Notes: generated by a model not told the origin, from the letters alone. A stretch of 64,000 nt of DNA from an uncultured Bacteroidales bacterium (GCA_964585385.1 CAZPDP010000001.1:50850-114849), one strand, 5' to 3'; counted from the first letter of the stretch, positions 9,535 to 19,703 are shown. A program made the numbers and translations.

Positions 9535-11985
9535 ATGAAAAATAATAAAACCGAAATAGACGATCCTATACGTTCAATGGCGCTTTTTGCAGAAATGAAC
9601 CCGGAACCTGTTATCAGATTTGATAGCGGGGGTAAGATTCTTCAGTCCAATCCCTCGGCAAACCAGTTGTTCGAAAAAGAAGATCTGAAGAATGAAAAAA
9701 TAACCGAAATTTTACCTGAATGCAAAGAGTCTGATCTTCAAGAAATCATTGAAAAGAATAAAATTGAGATTATACTGGTTGATCTGAATTCAAAAGTATA
9801 CAACTTTGTTTTCAGGGGTATTTCTCAATATAGAGTCTGTCAAATTTATGGTTTTGATATTACCGATAAGATAGAAGCACAGAAGAAAGCCGAATCAATG
9901 GCCCTGTTTGCCCAAAAGAATCCGGCTCCTGTATTCAGATTTGATTCGAATGGAGATGTTTTGCAAGCGAATGAAGCTGCTGAAGAGTTGTTTATGTTGG
10001 TATGCCGGGAGGAGGAGATTAATATTTTTAATTTTTTTCCAGAATTAAGGAAAAAGGAAATAGATGCACTCATTAAGAATAACGAAATCAAATCCTTTGT
10101 TGAAAATTACTATGATTATCACTACAGGTTTGAACTGAGAGGCTTGTCGGATCTTCAGGCGGTTCAGGTGTATGGTGCTGATATTACAGAAATTGTAAAA
10201 GCTCATTATGAAAACGAAAAATTGTCAACAGCTGTTCAACAATCCTCCAATTCTGTAGAAATTACAGATATAGATGGTAATCTCGAATTTGTTAATAGGG
10301 CTTTTGAAGAGATTACAGGTTATTCTGCAGAGGAAGTAATTGGTAAAAATCCACGGATTTTGAAATCCAACTATCATTCAAAGGAATTTTACAAAGAACT
10401 CTGGGATACGATTAAATCAGGGAATGTTTGGAAAGGAGAGTTTTACAACAGGAGAAAAGATGGTACAGAAATCTGGCAGGAAGCTTCCATTTCGCCCATA
10501 AAAGATAAAGAAGGTGTCATCCGTAATTTTATTGCTGTAAAAGAAGATGTTACGGAAAAAAAGAAAGCCCGGGAGCAATTACAATCGATGGCTTTATTTG
10601 CCGAATTGAACCCCGAACCTGTCATCCGTTTTGATAAAAAAGGAACTATTTTACAGGCAAATCCAGCAGCAAATGAAAGCTTCTCAAAAGATTCCATTGA
10701 AGGAATGCAGATTAAAGATTTGATAAATGATTTAACAGATCTGAATATTTCAGAGTTTATCGAGAACAATCAGATAGAAACCATTGATATTGAGAACGGA
10801 GACAAAACTTTCCGTTTTATATTAAAAGGAATCAGTGAGATAGGAGTTTGCCAGATTTACGGCTCTGATATTTCTAAACGTATTGAAGCACAAAAAACAG
10901 CAGAATCAATGGCTTTGTTTGCTCAGTTGAATCCGGAACCCGTTTTCAGATTCGATGAGGAAGGTGTCATTCTACAGTCCAATCCTGCTGCAAACAAGAT
11001 TTTTGGTGGGGAACATATTACAGGGAAGTTGGTGCATGATTTGATTACAGGTGTCAATGAACTCAATTTCAGAGATTTTATTAAGGAAAACAAAATCCAC
11101 ACGTTTGATGAGAATTTGGGGGATAGCATATTAAGGTTTAAACTCAGAGGTATCAGTCACCTTGGAATTTGTCAGATTTATGGCTCAGATATTACCGAGA
11201 GGGTAAAAGCTGAACGCGAAGTGAGAAGGCAGAAAAAGGATATTGACGATAGCATTCAGTATGCCTCAAGAATCCAGAATGCAGTATTGCCTTCATCTGA
11301 GGTGATGGGTAAATACCTGGATGATTATTTTATTGTGTTGAAGCCCAGGGATGTAGTAAGTGGAGATTTTTACTGGATGAAGGAAAAGGATGAAAAGTTT
11401 GTGCTTGTTGCTGCTGATTGTACAGGGCATGGTGTTCCGGGTGCTTTTATGAGTATGCTGGGCGTTTCTTTCCTGAATGAAATTGTCAATAGTAAGGAGA
11501 ATCTGGAGGCGGATGAAATTTTAAATGATCTTCGTTATTTTGTTAAAACCACACTTTCTCAATCGGGAAAAAGAAAAACCGATGGTATGGACTTGTCATT
11601 GGTAATTATTGACAAGAAAAACATGAAGATGCAGTTTGCCGGCGCTTATAATCATCTTTATTTTTTCAGGGATGAAGAACTGCAAATAATAAAAGCTGAC
11701 AGGATGCCCATCGGAAATTATGTGGGCAAAGAAAAACCTTTTACCAGGGAAGAGTTGGCTATTCAAAAAGGAGATGTTTTTTATATCCTTTCAGATGGTT
11801 ATCCCGACCAGTTTGATAAACTTTCTCAGAGAAAATTTGGCTCCAGACGATTGAAGGAAAAATTTACCTTAATTCATAAAGACTCAATGGGATCTCAGAA
11901 AGAGAACCTGGAAAAAACATTTGAAGAATGGAAGGCCGATCACTGGCAAATGGATGATGTGCTGGTTATTGGAGGAAGAATATAA
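9535..11985 (+). CDS. Multi-PAS-like sensor fused to a PP2C/SpoIIE-family serine phosphatase
   Basis: The ORF track starts at TTG 9523; ATG 9535 is the more likely start. Four ~107-aa SMALFA-NPxPVxRFD...CQIYGxDIT modules, one canonical PAS (SNSVEITDIDGNLEFVNRAFEEITGY), and C-terminal SpoIIE motifs SGDFYW, AADCTGHGVPGAFMS, LSDGYPDQF and DDVLVIG. Confidence 0.85.
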   Translation: MKNNKTEIDDPIRSMALFAEMNPEPVIRFDSGGKILQSNPSANQLFEKEDLKNEKITEILPECKESDLQEIIEKNKIEIILVDLNSKVYNFVFRGISQYRVCQIYGFDITDKIEAQKKAESMALFAQKNPAPVFRFDSNGDVLQANEAAEELFMLVCREEEINIFNFFPELRKKEIDALIKNNEIKSFVENYYDYHYRFELRGLSDLQAVQVYGADITEIVKAHYENEKLSTAVQQSSNSVEITDIDGNLEFVNRAFEEITGYSAEEVIGKNPRILKSNYHSKEFYKELWDTIKSGNVWKGEFYNRRKDGTEIWQEASISPIKDKEGVIRNFIAVKEDVTEKKKAREQLQSMALFAELNPEPVIRFDKKGTILQANPAANESFSKDSIEGMQIKDLINDLTDLNISEFIENNQIETIDIENGDKTFRFILKGISEIGVCQIYGSDISKRIEAQKTAESMALFAQLNPEPVFRFDEEGVILQSNPAANKIFGGEHITGKLVHDLITGVNELNFRDFIKENKIHTFDENLGDSILRFKLRGISHLGICQIYGSDITERVKAEREVRRQKKDIDDSIQYASRIQNAVLPSSEVMGKYLDDYFIVLKPRDVVSGDFYWMKEKDEKFVLVAADCTGHGVPGAFMSMLGVSFLNEIVNSKENLEADEILNDLRYFVKTTLSQSGKRKTDGMDLSLVIIDKKNMKMQFAGAYNHLYFFRDEELQIIKADRMPIGNYVGKEKPFTREELAIQKGDVFYILSDGYPDQFDKLSQRKFGSRRLKEKFTLIHKDSMGSQKENLEKTFEEWKADHWQMDDVLVIGGRI

Positions 11986-12483
11986 TTAGATTACTTTCTC
12001 ATAATAATTGAAAGGAGTCTCGAAATCTTCTGTTTTATTTTTATTCCTGGGGATAAATCCAAGCTCCATGTAGAAATTGTTCATTTCTTCATTTGTACTG
12101 TAGACATTTAGTTTTACAGCTTCATACTTGTTTTCTCTGGCGTAATTGTCAATAAACTCACTAATATGTGATTTGAGTTTCTTATTCAGCCAGTTGGGAG
12201 CAATTGCTATTCTTTTTATAAACAGGCTCTTATTGTTTTCCGTTTCCCATTCGATTTTTTTATAAGTTTCCGGTGCATCATTTGTAAAAGAAAGAGTTCC
12301 AATACTGATGTTCATTTCTCTAATCATAAAAAGCATCCCTTCGGAAAGTTCTTTGCTTAGATTTTCGTAATCCGGCAAGGGGGGTCTCCAGTAATTTTTA
12401 ATGAGATTTTTCGAATCAAAGGCCGTTTTAATGATATAAAGGGCTTCCACAATGTCGGGTTCTTTGGCTTGAAGGATCTCCAT
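11986..12483 (-). CDS. GNAT-family N-acetyltransferase (probable)
   Basis: 165 aa. C-terminal acetyl-CoA-binding-like core (IKRIAIAPNW...KLKSHISEFIDNYARENKYEAVKLNVYSTNEEMNNFYMELGF). Confidence 0.55.
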   Translation of the reverse strand: MEILQAKEPDIVEALYIIKTAFDSKNLIKNYWRPPLPDYENLSKELSEGMLFMIREMNISIGTLSFTNDAPETYKKIEWETENNKSLFIKRIAIAPNWLNKKLKSHISEFIDNYARENKYEAVKLNVYSTNEEMNNFYMELGFIPRNKNKTEDFETPFNYYEKVI

Positions 12484-12527
12484 ACTTTTTAATCGTATTG
12501 ATTTGAATAATTAAGGTACAATATAAA

Positions 12528-12535
12528 CAAAAATA
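12528..12535 (-). promoter_or_regulatory. -7 box (TATTTTTG on the minus strand)
   Basis: Exact TAnnTTTG, 44 nt upstream of the GNAT start. Confidence 0.3.
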
Positions 12536-12572
12536 ATATTTTTCCTTTAGTAATTATCTATTAAGTAAAATT

Positions 12573-12580
12573 TAATTTTG
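12573..12580 (+). promoter_or_regulatory. -7 box TAATTTTG
   Basis: Exact TAnnTTTG, 84 nt upstream of the ATG at 12665. Confidence 0.3.
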
Positions 12581-12664
12581 TAGAAGTTTTTACAGAAAGA
12601 AAACATATTTTTAGTTCTGCTGTAAGTATAGGGTGGGCATTTATTCTTTAAAAGCAGTATAAAT

Positions 12665-13366
12665 ATGAGAGTTGTAGTAGGTGACATTCATGGATGTTTC
12701 AAATCGTTCCGCAGGCTGGTGGAAGAAGAACTTCAGCTGACAAAATCTGATACGCTTTATCTTCTGGGTGATTATATTGACAGAGGACCGAGTAGCAGGC
12801 AAGTGGTTGAATACATTCTGCGGATGCAGGATTCAGGATTTGATGTTCAGCCTGTCAGAGGGAATCATGAAGAAATGCTGATTGATGCATACAGGAGCAT
12901 GCAGAATAATGACTTTTTCTTGTGGGTCATGAATGGTGCGGAATCAACCCTTGAAAGTTATGGCATTGAATATTTGTCACAGCAGGGAATTGGTGTATTA
13001 AAAGAATTACCGGAAGAGCATATATCATTCATGAGGGAGCTTCCATACTATATAATGCTGGATGATTACATTATTGTTCATGCCGGAATTAATTATCATG
13101 TTGAAGAACCTTATAACGATATAAGTTCAATGGTATGGTGCCGCGATTGCTCAAATGATTTTGAAAAATCAGGTGGAAGAATTATTATTCATGGGCATAC
13201 ACCTGTACCCTTATCCTCTTTGGATGAAAATGAAATCCGGAATCATCCCCCTGAAATAAATCTGGACACCGGATGTGTATATAAAGAATTTACCGGAATG
13301 GGTAATCTTACCGCCCTTGACATTGATAACCGGAAGCTTTATTCTGTTGAGAACATCGATTTTTAA
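12665..13366 (+). CDS. Calcineurin-like metallophosphoesterase (PPP-family Ser/Thr phosphatase / ApaH-like)
   Basis: 233 aa with the ordered motifs GDIHGC, GDYIDRGP, RGNHE and IIHGHTP. Confidence 0.8.
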   Translation: MRVVVGDIHGCFKSFRRLVEEELQLTKSDTLYLLGDYIDRGPSSRQVVEYILRMQDSGFDVQPVRGNHEEMLIDAYRSMQNNDFFLWVMNGAESTLESYGIEYLSQQGIGVLKELPEEHISFMRELPYYIMLDDYIIVHAGINYHVEEPYNDISSMVWCRDCSNDFEKSGGRIIIHGHTPVPLSSLDENEIRNHPPEINLDTGCVYKEFTGMGNLTALDIDNRKLYSVENIDF

Positions 13367-13399
13367 CATTCATTTAATTCAACAGCTTCCAGTATTTTA

Positions 13400-13407
13400 T
13401 ATATTTG
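13400..13407 (+). promoter_or_regulatory. -7 box TATATTTG
   Basis: Exact TAnnTTTG, 34 nt upstream of the ppk1 ATG. Confidence 0.35.
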
Positions 13408-13441
13408 AACTTTAAATAATTGTACTTTTAAAATATCTATA

Positions 13442-15526
13442 ATGGATAATAGTTATAAAAGATTTATAAACAGGGAGATAAGTTGGCTGGCTTTTAATGA
13501 TAGAGTGTTACAGGAAGCAGAAGATAAAAATAATCCCCTGGTTCAAAGAATGCGGTTTTTAGGAATTCACTCCAACAACAGGGATGAGTTTTTCAGGGTT
13601 AGGGTTGCTACTGTGAGAAGAATAGCCGCTTTCAACAAGAATAAGATACTTTTAGGAGGAAAAACACCCTTGGGACTTGTCCAGGAAATTCAGAGTACAG
13701 TGGTTAAACAACAGCGGAAATTTGAAAAGATATACAGCGAATTAATCGATGAGCTCGAGAAATACAACATAAAAGTATTAAATGAGACACAGTTAAATCC
13801 GGATCAGGGTGCCTTTGTGGAACAATTTTACCAGGAAAAAATCCGGCCTATCCTGGTACCCATAATGCTTCAGCATACGGATGAATTTCCCTATCTCAGG
13901 GATAAACCTATATATTTTGCAGTAAAATTGTCTAAAAAAGGGCATCCTTCTAAGACCAAATATGCTTTACTTGACCTTGCGACAGAGATTTTGCCCAGGT
14001 TTGTTGTTTTACCGCAAATTGGAAAGAACAAATATATAATTATTCTGGATGACATTGTCAGGTATTGTCTTGACGATATCTTTTCTTTCTTCGTTTATGA
14101 TAAAATTGAGGCCTATACAATTAAAATAACAAGGGATGCTGAACTGGATATTGATGATGACATTTCCAAAAGTTTCATGGAAAAGATGTCGTTGAGCCTG
14201 GAGCGGCGAAAGCGCGGTCAACCGGTACGTTTTGTGTATGATGCTTCTATGCCCGCCGACTTACTCGATTACTTCAAAAAACGTATGAAATTGAGCAAAG
14301 AAGATAATGTTATTGCAGGAGGAAGATATCACAATTTCAAGGATTTTATTGATTTTCCCAATATCGGACCTGCTGAGCTAGAGAACAAAGCCAAAGTCCC
14401 GGTTCCTGCAATGCATTTTAAACATCGCCAGAGTATTCTAACAGAAATTAAAAAGAGAGATCATATTCTTCATTATCCATACCAGTCTTTTCGGTATTTT
14501 ATAGATATGCTGCGAGAAGCAGCAATTGACCCCAAGGTAACAACCATCCAGATTACTTTATATCGTGTGGCAAAGAAATCTATGGTGATAAATACGCTTA
14601 TTAACGCAGCCCGGAATGGAAAGCATGTGGTTGTTGTCATCGAGCTGCAGGCCAGGTTTGATGAGGAGGCAAATATTTACTGGTCGAATCGCCTGCAGGA
14701 GGTCGGAGTTAAAGTAATCCATGGTGTGGCCGGATTAAAAGTGCATTCCAAATTATTGCTCATTGAACGAAAAGAAGGCAGGAAACTGGAGCATTATGCT
14801 TATATCGGTACAGGTAACTTTCAGGAAAGAACGGCCCAGATATACTGTGACGAAGGTTTGTTTACATTCAACAGGAAAATAACCTCAGATGTAATTAAAG
14901 TTTTCGAATTTTTTGATAAAAATTACAAACAGCACATTTTTAACCATATCATACTTTCGCCTTTCAGTACCCGTAAACATTTTATTTATCACATAAACAG
15001 GGAGATAAAAAATGCCCAGGATGGGAAAAAAGCATTAATGATCATAAAAATGAACAGCCTGGTTGATGAACAGATGATGGATAAATTATATGAAGCCAGT
15101 CAGGCCGGGGTGAAAATAAAACTGATTATCCGGGGCATTTGCTCAATTAAACCCGGTGTTCCCGGGCTTAGCGAGAATATTGAGGCTATCAGCATTGTAG
15201 ATAAATTTCTTGAACATTCACGAATATTTTATTTCTACAATGGAGGAAAAGAGTCTCTGTATATTTCATCTGCCGATTGGATGGTCAGGAATCTCGACAG
15301 GCGAATTGAGGTAACTGCCCCAATATATGACCCGGTTATTAAACAGGAACTCATAAAGATGCTGGAGATCCAGCTTAATGATAATGTAAAAGCCAGAATT
15401 TTGGACGATGTTCAGGATAATAAGTATGTGAAAAATGATCAGAAAAAGACCAGGGCTCAGGATGCTTATTATCAATATCTTAAAAGGAGATACCAGAGAG
15501 TTTCCAAAAAGAATTCCTCTGAATAA
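13442..15526 (+). CDS. ppk1: Polyphosphate kinase 1
   Basis: 694 aa. N-terminal FINREISWLAFNDRVLQEA signature, autophosphorylation His region GLKVHSKLLLIER, and two PLD-like C-terminal domains. Confidence 0.95.
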   Translation: MDNSYKRFINREISWLAFNDRVLQEAEDKNNPLVQRMRFLGIHSNNRDEFFRVRVATVRRIAAFNKNKILLGGKTPLGLVQEIQSTVVKQQRKFEKIYSELIDELEKYNIKVLNETQLNPDQGAFVEQFYQEKIRPILVPIMLQHTDEFPYLRDKPIYFAVKLSKKGHPSKTKYALLDLATEILPRFVVLPQIGKNKYIIILDDIVRYCLDDIFSFFVYDKIEAYTIKITRDAELDIDDDISKSFMEKMSLSLERRKRGQPVRFVYDASMPADLLDYFKKRMKLSKEDNVIAGGRYHNFKDFIDFPNIGPAELENKAKVPVPAMHFKHRQSILTEIKKRDHILHYPYQSFRYFIDMLREAAIDPKVTTIQITLYRVAKKSMVINTLINAARNGKHVVVVIELQARFDEEANIYWSNRLQEVGVKVIHGVAGLKVHSKLLLIERKEGRKLEHYAYIGTGNFQERTAQIYCDEGLFTFNRKITSDVIKVFEFFDKNYKQHIFNHIILSPFSTRKHFIYHINREIKNAQDGKKALMIIKMNSLVDEQMMDKLYEASQAGVKIKLIIRGICSIKPGVPGLSENIEAISIVDKFLEHSRIFYFYNGGKESLYISSADWMVRNLDRRIEVTAPIYDPVIKQELIKMLEIQLNDNVKARILDDVQDNKYVKNDQKKTRAQDAYYQYLKRRYQRVSKKNSSE

Positions 15527-15549
15527 AACATTTTCAAACCTTGTTTTCT

Positions 15550-16557
15550 ATGTCTGAGATATTAATTGAAAGGACACGCGGGAATATAGTTGAATCTATT
15601 CACAGGGGTGATGTAGCTGTTGTGAATAGAAAGGGTGAATTGCTCTGTAAAACAGGGGATGCTGGTAAATACACTTTCATGCGGTCAGCCGCCAAGCCTG
15701 TTCAGGCAATGAATGTAATTTTATCCGGTGCTGCTGAAAAATTTGATTTTAATGATGCTGAACTTGCTATTATGTGTGGATCTCACTATGCTGAGAAGAT
15801 GCATGTTAAGACAGTACAAAGCATTTTAAAGAAGATAGGTCTTGACAAAAAGACTATTCAGTCTGGAAGTAAAAAACCCCTCAGTTCAAAAGTTGCATTT
15901 GAATATATGTGGGAAAAAAAAGAAGATGACGTATTATTTAATGACTGTTCCGGTAAACATGCAGGAATGCTGGCTGTTTGTCTGCAGAAAGGATACTCAA
16001 TCACCCATTACACTGAACCTTCACATCCCTTACAAAGAGAGATTTTGCGGATTATTAGCCATATTACCGGATACGAGCAGGATAAGATAAGTATAGGAAT
16101 TGATGGTTGTTCTGTTCCGGTCCATGCCTTACCGCTTTATAATATGGCATTTGGTTATGCCCGTTTAGCCCATCCTGAAGGAATAGGAGAGGGTATGGAA
16201 GATGCTGCCAGTAATATATTTTCCGCTATGAATCACGAACCTTTTATGGTTTCCGGAACCAATGGGTTCTGCACTGATTTGATCCGGCATACCAATGGAA
16301 AACTTATTGGTAAAATTGGAGCAGAAGGAATTTATTGCGTAGGTCTTAAAGAACAGGCAATTGGGGTTGCTGTAAAAATTGAAGATGGCTCCATGAATGT
16401 ATTGCCTCCTGTAGTGATGTATATTTTGAAAGAATTGGATGTCTTAGCAAAGAGCGAATTAAAGAAACTGGAATCGTATTGTACATTAAACAATTATAAC
16501 GACGTTAATAAAGTGGTAGGGAAGATCAGACCTGCATTTAACCTGCATTATTCATAA
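15550..16557 (+). CDS. Asparaginase-II-family protein (PF06089-like)
   Basis: The ORF track starts at TTG 15541; ATG 15550 (MSEILIERTRG) is more likely. The blocks ESIHRGDVAVV, RSAAKPVQA, CSGKHAGML and GAEGIYCVG fit the family as I recall it. Confidence 0.7.
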   Translation: MSEILIERTRGNIVESIHRGDVAVVNRKGELLCKTGDAGKYTFMRSAAKPVQAMNVILSGAAEKFDFNDAELAIMCGSHYAEKMHVKTVQSILKKIGLDKKTIQSGSKKPLSSKVAFEYMWEKKEDDVLFNDCSGKHAGMLAVCLQKGYSITHYTEPSHPLQREILRIISHITGYEQDKISIGIDGCSVPVHALPLYNMAFGYARLAHPEGIGEGMEDAASNIFSAMNHEPFMVSGTNGFCTDLIRHTNGKLIGKIGAEGIYCVGLKEQAIGVAVKIEDGSMNVLPPVVMYILKELDVLAKSELKKLESYCTLNNYNDVNKVVGKIRPAFNLHYS

Positions 16558-16621
16558 ATTTTTATGAGTATGAATTATTCGGGTTAAATTGGAAAAGGTT
16601 GAAAATAATTGATTTTTTTCT

Positions 16622-16864
16622 ATGGGAAAGGAGGAACAATTAATACATCTATATACAGGCTCACAGATAAATGCAGTTTCAATAAAGGAATTCCTCAAAG
16701 AAAATGAAATTCCTTCTTTTATCCGAAACGACCATATTTCGGGGAATCTTGCAGGTTTTGGAGCAGCAATGCCACAAAGCGGCACCACACTATTTGTAAA
16801 AAAGAAAGACTATATGAGGGCAAAATTGCTACTCGATAAATATATGGACTCTATGGAAAACTAA
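16622..16864 (+). CDS. DUF2007-like small putative signal-transducing protein
   Basis: 80 aa. Pattern LIHLYTGSQINAVSIKEFLKENEIPSFIRND...LFVKKKDYMRAKLLL, typical of the DUF2007 fold family. Confidence 0.5.
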   Translation: MGKEEQLIHLYTGSQINAVSIKEFLKENEIPSFIRNDHISGNLAGFGAAMPQSGTTLFVKKKDYMRAKLLLDKYMDSMEN

Positions 16865-16890
16865 TCGCAATCGATTTCGAGTCATTTCAA

Positions 16891-18798
16891 TTACGGAAAC
16901 AGTTTATTTAATATGTTTCTGTTTTGCTGATTAAATATATTTTTTCCATCTGCGGTATAAAGGTATTTTATTCTGTCTTCGTATTGCTTTTCAATTTTTC
17001 GTCTAACAATTTTTAATGTACTGTTGAGCATTTTATTTTCTTCCGTAAACCCTTCTCCAAGAATAGCAATTCCTGCGGGCAACCATCTGTCGGGGAATTG
17101 TCCCTCGTAATCACCTCCGGTTTTAAACTGATTGATTTCATTCTTGAATAATTGAAGTACTTTATCCTGGTCTTCTGTTTTTTTCATGGATAAACCATTT
17201 TCATCGATGTATTTTTTTACAGCTTCTTTATTCGGTACAATCAGCCCTATAGTATAAGGATCCTGGTTATTATGCAGCATGCATTGGTCTATATAATCTG
17301 AGTGTTCGACAAGGGCTTCTTCAATTGCTTCAGGACTGTATTTTTCCCCATCATTGCTAATTAGTAAGCTTTTAAACCTGCCAAGCACATAAAGGAATCC
17401 ATCTTTGTCAAAATAGCCTAAATCCCCGGTATAAAACCAGCCATCTTTGATGCTTTCATTGGTGGCCTTTTCATTTTTCCAGTATCCCACCATAACATTT
17501 TCACCTTTAACAACAATTTCTCCCTGATTTCCGGTTGGTACCTCTTTTCCTTTCTCATCGCAAATCTTAACCTCAATATTTTTGACAAGAAAACCGGAGG
17601 AACCCAGTTTGTGTTTTTCTGGTGCATTGGAAGAAATAATAGGAGCGGTTTCGGATAAACCGTATCCCTGAAACATAGGCATACCCAGAGCATAGAAGAA
17701 CCTTTGCAGTTCTAAGTCAAGGAGGGCGCCTCCCCCAATAAAAAACTCCAGTTCTCCGCCAAATCCTTCTCTAACCTTACTAAACAAGATTTTATCATAT
17801 AATTTTAGCAAAGGTTTTTTCAATATTTGGAGTCCTTTTCCTTTGTTGTAGCCTTCTTTGTTATAGGAATATGCCGTTTTCAGAGCCCGGTTGAAGAGTT
17901 TTTCAACTTTCGGTCCTTTATCGCTGATATTCTTCTCTATGTTTTTTCTGAAATTTTTTGCCAGGGCAGGAACACTCAATAATAGGCTAGGTTTCAGTTC
18001 TTTTATATTTTTTGGAATATTTTTCAGAGTTTCCATCTGGTTTTTACCCACTTCGATAGTTCCAATGCTGGCACCACTTGCAATGAAACTGTAAATTCCC
18101 GCTGTGTGGGCAAAGGAGTGATCAAGCGGAAGTATTAGCAGGGTTTTAAACGATTCCGGTATGTTCATGAGTGTGAGAGCCTGCTCTACGTTAGCTGCAT
18201 AGTTTCTGTGAGACAGGATAATACCTTTTGGATCGGCGGTGGTACCTGATGTATAGCTTATGTTGGCGTAATCCTTTCCTGTAATTGATGTATATCGTTC
18301 TTCAAAATCTTTTTTGTTCGTTTTTAGATAATTCTTCCCTAAATTGTAAATCTCCTCTTTGGGTATTTCAAATTCATTGTATTTTTCTATAGGATCCAGA
18401 TAGATTATTTTTTCTAATTCGGGAAGGTCGTTTTTTATTTTTTCTAATTTCCAGGATTGATTCTGGCTTATTATAATAGCTCTTGAGCCGGAATGGGCTA
18501 ACCGGAATCTAAGTTCTGTTGTAGCATCCAGTTTTACGGATAGAGGAACATTAATGGCGCCGGCATATAATATTGCAAGTTCACTAATTACCCAGTCGTT
18601 TCTTCCTTCTGACAGAAGGGCAACACGGTCACCTTTCTGAATACCCATGTTTATAAGACCTGCTGCAAACTGATGGACCTTATCTCTTGTTTCTTTATAA
18701 CTGAGACTTTGGTATTTGCCATCCTGTTTTTCCCAGAGCAAAGGGTTATTGGCATGTTTTTCAGCCTTATTTTCAAATAATTCAATGAGTGTCTGCAT
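16891..18798 (-). CDS. Long-chain fatty acid-CoA ligase (AMP-dependent synthetase)
   Basis: 635 aa. AMP-binding motifs YTSGTTADPKGI, GYGLSET and TGDLGYFDKDGFLYVLGRFK. Confidence 0.85.
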   Translation of the reverse strand: MQTLIELFENKAEKHANNPLLWEKQDGKYQSLSYKETRDKVHQFAAGLINMGIQKGDRVALLSEGRNDWVISELAILYAGAINVPLSVKLDATTELRFRLAHSGSRAIIISQNQSWKLEKIKNDLPELEKIIYLDPIEKYNEFEIPKEEIYNLGKNYLKTNKKDFEERYTSITGKDYANISYTSGTTADPKGIILSHRNYAANVEQALTLMNIPESFKTLLILPLDHSFAHTAGIYSFIASGASIGTIEVGKNQMETLKNIPKNIKELKPSLLLSVPALAKNFRKNIEKNISDKGPKVEKLFNRALKTAYSYNKEGYNKGKGLQILKKPLLKLYDKILFSKVREGFGGELEFFIGGGALLDLELQRFFYALGMPMFQGYGLSETAPIISSNAPEKHKLGSSGFLVKNIEVKICDEKGKEVPTGNQGEIVVKGENVMVGYWKNEKATNESIKDGWFYTGDLGYFDKDGFLYVLGRFKSLLISNDGEKYSPEAIEEALVEHSDYIDQCMLHNNQDPYTIGLIVPNKEAVKKYIDENGLSMKKTEDQDKVLQLFKNEINQFKTGGDYEGQFPDRWLPAGIAILGEGFTEENKMLNSTLKIVRRKIEKQYEDRIKYLYTADGKNIFNQQNRNILNKLFP

Positions 18799-18821
18799 AA
18801 TTTCTGTTTTTAGTCAGCTTC

Positions 18822-18829
18822 CAAATATA
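18822..18829 (-). promoter_or_regulatory. -7 box (TATATTTG on the minus strand)
   Basis: Exact TAnnTTTG, 23 nt upstream of the ATG at 18798. Confidence 0.35.
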
Positions 18830-18973
18830 AAAAAATCTCAAAAAGAATGTAAATCGGGGGTTTTTGTGTTAATTATCTGTAATTCAGTTTTCTGTAATTT
18901 TTTTAAAGCAGTTTTTTTTAACAATGTCCACTGCAATTAGCTATTTTTTAGTGCATAGCTATTAGATTTTATA

Positions 18974-18981
18974 TATATTTG
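18974..18981 (+). promoter_or_regulatory. -7 box TATATTTG
   Basis: Exact TAnnTTTG, 31 nt upstream of the ATG at 19013. An A10 tract lies in between. Confidence 0.35.
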
Positions 18982-19012
18982 TAATAATTGAATCGAATAA
19001 AAAAAAAACAAA

Positions 19013-19504
19013 ATGAAAAAAATTTTACTTATATCAATAATCGGGCTTTTTACATTCTCTTCCTGTGACTTCTTTAAAAGCAAAAATCTTTTTTCTGATA
19101 ACAGTGAGGATACTTTACTTTTACAGATGAAGCAGGACAGTGTAAAATATGTTGACTCAATACGGTCACTGCAAAATGAATTGAGCCAATTAAAAATGAG
19201 CCATCAGAAGCTTCTTGACTCTATTAAGAAGCAGCAAAAAGCTGAAAAAACGAGTTATAAATACCATATTATAGTGGGTGCATTCAGAAACCAGGAATAC
19301 CTTAATTCGTTCAACCAATTTATTCAGGATAAGGGATTTAAAACCCAAATATTGGAAAATGAATTTGGTTTTAAGATGATTTCTGCTGATTCGTATAAAA
19401 GCTGGAAGGAGGCGACCCAAGCACTTGAAAATATTAAAGTGGAAGTCGAACAATGGGAGACTTGGGAGAAAGGACAAAATCCGTGGATTTATATCAAAGG
19501 ATAA
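19013..19504 (+). CDS. SPOR-domain lipoprotein
   Basis: 163 aa. Lipoprotein-type signal (LFTFSSC), a coiled-coil segment, and a C-terminal SPOR-like domain (YHIIVGAFRNQEYLNSFNQFIQDKGF...SYKSWKEATQAL). Confidence 0.6.
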   Translation: MKKILLISIIGLFTFSSCDFFKSKNLFSDNSEDTLLLQMKQDSVKYVDSIRSLQNELSQLKMSHQKLLDSIKKQQKAEKTSYKYHIIVGAFRNQEYLNSFNQFIQDKGFKTQILENEFGFKMISADSYKSWKEATQALENIKVEVEQWETWEKGQNPWIYIKG

Positions 19505-19540
19505 TAAATTTTTTATTTCCAGATACTTATATTATATCCG

Positions 19541-19575
19541 AAAAGGAATATTTAGCCAATATTCCTTTTTTTTTT
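19541..19575 (+). terminator. Rho-independent terminator
   Basis: AAAAGGAATATT / AATATTCCTTTT forms a 12-bp stem with loop TAGCC, followed by a T-run. It starts 37 nt after the stop at 19504. Confidence 0.75.
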
Positions 19576-19703
19576 ACATCTGTATTAGCTACTTCCTTAT
19601 TTCAAAGAGTATTTACAGAACAGTATAATTATCATTTGTGTTCTTAATGAATTATTTTAGTTTTGAAGTTCTTATTTGTTTAAAACTCTAAAAATAATCT
19701 ATA

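Noticed and set aside
12572-12586. The 15-mer TTAATTTTGTAGAAG is shared with 51222..51236. I considered it as a dispersed repeat.
   Set aside because: Both copies coincide with a TAnnTTTG -7 box upstream of a gene. A shared promoter consensus in AT-rich DNA is the simpler explanation.
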